Part shown: piece by piece, positions 59,968-64,000 of the stretch
Numbering within the stretch: the stretch's first letter is position 1
Layout: the number at the start of each line of letters is the position of its first letter
Origin: Bacteroidales bacterium
GTDB lineage: Bacteria > Bacteroidota > Bacteroidia > Bacteroidales > GCA-2711565
DNA: 64,000 nucleotides
Reading direction: 5' to 3'
Assembly: GCA_963674935.2 (NCBI GenBank)
Contig: CAXXWZ010000007.1
Coordinates: forward strand, 748,710 to 812,709
The notes under the pieces: model-generated
The model's database searches: none
Seen by the model: the letters and a program-made list of their open reading frames with translations, nothing else
What the model was told of the DNA's origin: nothing
Program-made: the position numbers and the translations under genes

Positions 59968-60660
59968 CTAATTACTCAGAATTATAGGTGTAAGTTTAGC
60001 TTTTAGTTTTTCATATTCGGCTTCGCTAATAATTCCTAAATCAAGTAATTCTTTTGACTCTTTTAGTTTTGCAATAGCTTCTTCTCTGGTCATTGGGGCG
60101 TTGGCACTTTTAATTTCACCAGCAATAACAGCTTTTTCATAATCGGTTACCGACATATATTTATTTATTCCAAAAGCTCTTCCATTGGGTTCTCCTAATA
60201 AAATAACTAAGGCAAGAGGTTTCTTCTTGCTTCCTTTATGTCGAACTTTCATTTCATTAATTACAACTATTTCACCTTGCATTTCACCACTTGCATTGTC
60301 TTTTGACTCACCAGCCATTGCGTTCATAATGTTTCCAACTCCACCAGGTCTTCCCATGATAATTGTTGAAAAACTGCTTTTGGTTTTTGATTTGGCTTTA
60401 CCAACTCCAACCGTATTTCCAGCACCAACTCCAGTGGTTGTAGTTATACTTCCCTCTGGTACTCCAATTATTAAAGTATCACCTAAAGCTAAAACAGAAC
60501 CATCAGCTGCAATGTATCTAAGAATTCGGGTATTGTTTTTAATGTTTTGAAATACGGCAGAATTCTGAGAATCGTCAAAGCTTAATTCTTCAAGAAAGTC
60601 CTGAGCATTAGTTAAGGTAGATATGATAAGTGTAGCAATTATTAACAATTTAATTTTCAT
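59968..60660 (-). CDS. exported protein with C-terminal SHOCT domain
   Basis: ORF 59968..60714, with a likely start at MKIKLLIIATLIISTLTNAQ (ATG 60658-60660). C-terminal MTREEAIAKLKESKELLDLGIISEAEYEKLKAKL matches the SHOCT short C-terminal domain pattern. Confidence 0.65.
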   Translation of the reverse strand: MKIKLLIIATLIISTLTNAQDFLEELSFDDSQNSAVFQNIKNNTRILRYIAADGSVLALGDTLIIGVPEGSITTTTGVGAGNTVGVGKAKSKTKSSFSTIIMGRPGGVGNIMNAMAGESKDNASGEMQGEIVVINEMKVRHKGSKKKPLALVILLGEPNGRAFGINKYMSVTDYEKAVIAGEIKSANAPMTREEAIAKLKESKELLDLGIISEAEYEKLKAKLTPIILSN

Positions 60661-60832
60661 GGTATTTGTATTTATTGATTCAAAATGAAGTGTTGAAATT
60701 AAGTTAAAAGTCAAATGGTTTTAATCTGATTCAGTTTTTTCATAAAGCATTTGCCCAAATTCATCAGTTTATAATAAATATGAGCCAGTTACTTAAAAAA
60801 AACATTTAACATATTTTTTTATTATACCGTGC

Positions 60833-61954
60833 CTAAAAATCTCTAAGGTCATACGAAACCTTTTTGTTACTGTTTTTAAAAATAGCAGTATCATCATCAG
60901 ACGAAGCTTGCACATATGTGTTAATTGGACGTATGCTCCAAGTTGTACTGGTAACATCCATCTCAAATACCCTCCAGGTGTTTCCTGTTCCGGTAAATGC
61001 AGGAGCTGCAAAAGTTTGTCTTAATCCAGTTTCATCATAAACACTCACAGATGCAGGAGATTGGTTTATCCCATTGCCGCCTGAAGTTGATTGGTCTGAA
61101 TAATTATGAACAGAGTATCGGTACATTCCTACATAGAAGTTTTTGATGGTTGTAGTTTCAGGCCCATAACTGGTAACATCGTCAGTATCAAGATTTACAT
61201 CAGACTCGTGATTTTTATTCGACCAGTAAATATGAAAACGGTCAGTTGATGAAGTTGGACCTGTTAAATGTGAATCTAAATCTGTTGGGCTTAATCCCCA
61301 GGTTAAAACAACCCTTAGTTCTCCACTTGCTACCTCTTCAACAATGGTTTGGTCTCCAATTGTATTGTTACCGGTTGAAATTGTAAAAGTATTAAGATTT
61401 GCTGCAAAGAATCCATCAGCCTCAATGATACAAATAAAAATTCCTGTGGGTGCATTTGAAATTGTAAACTGGCCGGAGCTATTAGTGGTTGTTTGTAATT
61501 CGGCATCTTCGCTTGAGGTTGCACTCAGGTTTCTGCTAAAACTAACTGTGGCATTAGCTAGTCCATTGCCTGTTTGCGAATTAATGATGGTGCCAGTAAT
61601 GGTTGCGCCACCCAATAGATTTGTGTTCTGTGATTTATTACCTGAAACGTTGATGGTAATTTCAATTTGATTATAGCCTGTTGCATTAATTCTGAGGGTA
61701 TAGGTTCCTTCTTCAACTCCGGATATGGTATATTCACCATCCCCATTTGAGGTTGCTGAATATGATGCAGTTGTTTCATCATCTTTAATGAGTTGAATAC
61801 TTGCAGACACAACCGGAATGTTCGAAACATTTATAATTACACCTGATACATCGTAGGTTGATACTGCGGATTCTTTATCTTCACATGATGTAAATTCTAA
61901 AACCGATATCATTAGCATTATGACGGTTAAATAATAAAATAAGTTTTTTTTCAT
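60833..61954 (-). CDS. lipoprotein with two carboxypeptidase-regulatory-like repeats and a C-terminal DUF2135/YfaP-like domain
   Basis: 373-aa ORF with lipobox EFTSC. Two repeats (SGVIINVSN...GEYTISGVEEGTYTLRINATGY; ITGTIINSQTGNGLANATVSF...SGQFTISNAPTGIFICIIEADGF). The C-terminal LRVVLTWGLSPTDLDSHL...NLDTDDVTSYGPE resembles DUF2135 (assignment from memory). Confidence 0.55.
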   Translation of the reverse strand: MKKNLFYYLTVIMLMISVLEFTSCEDKESAVSTYDVSGVIINVSNIPVVSASIQLIKDDETTASYSATSNGDGEYTISGVEEGTYTLRINATGYNQIEITINVSGNKSQNTNLLGGATITGTIINSQTGNGLANATVSFSRNLSATSSEDAELQTTTNSSGQFTISNAPTGIFICIIEADGFFAANLNTFTISTGNNTIGDQTIVEEVASGELRVVLTWGLSPTDLDSHLTGPTSSTDRFHIYWSNKNHESDVNLDTDDVTSYGPETTTIKNFYVGMYRYSVHNYSDQSTSGGNGINQSPASVSVYDETGLRQTFAAPAFTGTGNTWRVFEMDVTSTTWSIRPINTYVQASSDDDTAIFKNSNKKVSYDLRDF

Positions 61955-62541
61955 AGTATAAATTGTTTAATTAGACTACTCTTAGGTTTTTCGTCATTCA
62001 CCTTCTTACTAATTGAAGCCATAGGATTGCTTTTATCTGATTGGCAACAAAATACAGTTTATTGATATAAATTTATTAACAAACTAAAAATAACATAAAG
62101 CCCATTTTCAGTATAGTGTATAAATCTATTATATATTTAATTATGTTTTTACTTTAACTAAATTTCAATTAGTCTGAAGAGTGGAAATTCTTTAATCTTC
62201 AATCATCAACCTAGCGGGAAAGAATTTCAATATAAATTTAGGAAATATTTTGCATAATGCAAAATATATAAATAATTAAATTGTAGGTTTTTATGATAAT
62301 TTCTAAAAGCCTTGACTACCTTAAATGACGTTTTATTTGGAGGATGAAAGAATCCTGATCGTATTTTACAACGAAAATTTCAGCCAACATTTTTAGTATC
62401 AGTAATTTTTTTTGAATTGAATTTAGGTTGAATTGAGATGTACAATACAAAGGTTCAACCTTGAGTTCAATGAAGGGAAGATTTTATTAAAAACAAAAAG
62501 CATAATCAAACCAATATTGAGTATGCTTTTATATGTTTTAA

Positions 62542-62997
62542 TTACTTGACAAGTCTTACTTTAATAGCCGTTGGTCCTTTATGCCCCATTTCAACTTCAA
62601 AGCTAACAAGGTTACCTTCTTTTATTTCGTCAACAACATTATTTATATGAACGAAAACGCCTTCTTTCGTTTCCATATCTTTTATAAAACCATAACCTTT
62701 TGAATCGTTAAAAAATGAAACGATACCTTTACGGATGGGATCCAATTTTTGAGAATCATCTCGGGTTGGAACTCCTATTTCAATGTCTTCTAATTTAAGC
62801 TCTTCTTTTTTCTTGGTAGGATCTGGTGCTTCAGAAGTGATATTTCCATCTTCATCAACATAAGCAATCATATCATCAAGGCTGCCTTTTTTTTCAGTAT
62901 CTTTTCTTGCTAATCTTTTCTTTTCTTTCTCTTTACGCTTTTTCTCTTTTTTGTTTCGTACTTCTTTTTTATTGAAGGTGTCTTGTGATCTTCCCAT
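62542..62997 (-). CDS. cold-shock domain protein with Lys/Glu-rich N-terminal extension
   Basis: 151-aa ORF. The C-terminal about 65 aa form a cold-shock domain (GIVSFFNDSKGYGFIKDMETKEGVFVH). The N-terminal about 80 aa are highly basic and low-complexity. Confidence 0.85.
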   Translation of the reverse strand: MGRSQDTFNKKEVRNKKEKKRKEKEKKRLARKDTEKKGSLDDMIAYVDEDGNITSEAPDPTKKKEELKLEDIEIGVPTRDDSQKLDPIRKGIVSFFNDSKGYGFIKDMETKEGVFVHINNVVDEIKEGNLVSFEVEMGHKGPTAIKVRLVK

Positions 62998-63247
62998 AAA
63001 TTTTGATGCTTTCGTTAATGATTTTTAGTTTATAAAAAATTAAATTATTTGATTGATAATATGTTTTAGATAAGGAATGATGAACAAAATATCATTGAAT
63101 AATTGTGAACGTGAGCACAAATACCCGTACCTGAATCTTTTGCAAAGTTACGTTTTTATTCTAACTTAAATTAGTTATGAATGTTTATTTATTGTAAATG
63201 CCTGTTTTAGAAATCTCTTATTGTTGTTTATACAATGGAATTTAGGC

Positions 63248-63296
63248 AAAAATAAAAATCTCCGATTGAGATTATAAAATGATCTCAATCGGAGAT
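63248..63296 (-). terminator. rho-independent terminator after the 63324.. gene
   Basis: Perfect 15-bp inverted repeat ATCTCCGATTGAGAT-(9 nt)-ATCTCAATCGGAGAT (63258-63296). On the minus strand it is followed by UUUUUAUUUUU. Confidence 0.8.
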
Positions 63297-63323
63297 TGGG
63301 GATAAATTATTTTTATTCACTGA

Positions 63324-64000
63324 TTATTTGAATACTGAATCGTCAATTCCCTTATTCACGTCAATGGTTTTAACAATTACATCAAAGGATTGTGGTCCGA
63401 CAGATTGAGTCATCATAAACGGAAATAAAACACCTTCTATTTCTCGATAATCAGAATATAGAATGGAGATACTCATTTGCCCTTGCTGAGTAACCGATTT
63501 TAATTTTAAACCGTTTTTTTGATCATAAAAATCAACAGATTTTTTTCCAGTCGGAGTAGTTACTTCTACTTTCCAAGCAGCCTTACCATCAACTTCTTCC
63601 GCACCTTTCAACTCAACTGTTACACCCATATCTTCTAAAAATAATTCAGCATGCATGGTTGATTGAACTTTCATATCGTCAAGTTCTGCACCGGTTAATT
63701 CCTGCTCTCCCATTGGGCTTTTTACTTTGGCAGTTATACCATCAAAAACTTGCTTCGACATTACATTGCCACCCATCAGCGTTTCAACAAGCATTTTGTT
63801 AGGCATTTTTTGACTTATATTAATGTCAAGATTCATCCCTTGCATAGTCATTCCTGATTTTGTTGAAATGTCTTTAATCAACAAAAGTTTTTCTTTACCT
63901 CCAATGGCTTCTACATAATTATTAATTACATCCATGCCGCTTAAGTCACTTGGGGCTTCCATTTCTTTAACAGGGTTTCCATAAAAATCGAATAGCTCAA
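63324..64000 (-). CDS. hypothetical exported protein, 5' end probably beyond the right window edge
   Basis: 212-aa ORF 63324..63962. The reading frame stays open upstream to position 64000 (ELFDFYGNPVKEMEAP...), so the listed Met may be internal. No domain recognised with confidence. Confidence 0.45.
   Translation of the reverse strand, partial: ELFDFYGNPVKEMEAPSDLSGMDVINNYVEAIGGKEKLLLIKDISTKSGMTMQGMNLDINISQKMPNKMLVETLMGGNVMSKQVFDGITAKVKSPMGEQELTGAELDDMKVQSTMHAELFLEDMGVTVELKGAEEVDGKAAWKVEVTTPTGKKSVDFYDQKNGLKLKSVTQQGQMSISILYSDYREIEGVLFPFMMTQSVGPQSFDVIVKTIDVNKGIDDSVFK

Noticed and set aside
60793-61011. 72-aa ORF overlapping the 3' end of the 60833..61954 lipoprotein gene.
   Set aside because: It is an alternative-frame overlap with a better-supported CDS and has no independent features.

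Overview
AT-rich chromosomal segment with Bacteroidota hallmarks: T9SS C-terminal sorting domain, PorP/SprF, a SusC/SusD pair, TAnnTTTG -7 promoter boxes, and DUF3467 after rpoC. Almost all genes are on the minus strand. The core is the conserved translation/transcription cluster tRNA-Thr/Tyr/Gly/Thr-tuf-tRNA-Trp-secE-nusG-rplKAJL-rpoBC (22.2-35.4 kb), preceded by rpsU, a Xer-like recombinase and hpf. Other content: an aromatic amino-acid operon (0.8-5.3 kb), a secreted nuclease plus 5'-nucleotidase next to a TonB-dependent receptor (TBDT)/lipoprotein pair (5.3-13.6 kb), and a paralogous TBDT (13.7-16.3 kb). There is also a tightly packed TBDT/AmpG-like MFS/HemN/protoporphyrinogen-oxidase operon (40.9-47.5 kb), an Ala-rich lipoprotein with a beta-barrel partner (48.9-51.9 kb), and surface lipoproteins. 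Best hunt results: (1) two tandem Phe/Tyr-rich leader-peptide attenuators with a consensus promoter ahead of the aromatic operon; (2) a clear FMN riboswitch with a terminator/antiterminator platform controlling a TBDT, suggesting an outer-membrane riboflavin importer; (3) the uncharacterised Ala-rich lipoprotein/beta-barrel pair; (4) the tetrapyrrole-linked transporter/enzyme operon. Many genes (tyrA, pheA, tuf, hpf, recombinase, rpsU, a TPR membrane protein) carry 1-nt frameshifts at homopolymer runs. These cluster at 0.8-4.9 kb and 34.8-39.4 kb while about 12 kb of rpoBC and ribosomal-protein genes are intact, which points to local consensus errors rather than biology. I saw no CRISPR array, rRNA, complete IS/prophage or recognisable defence system.
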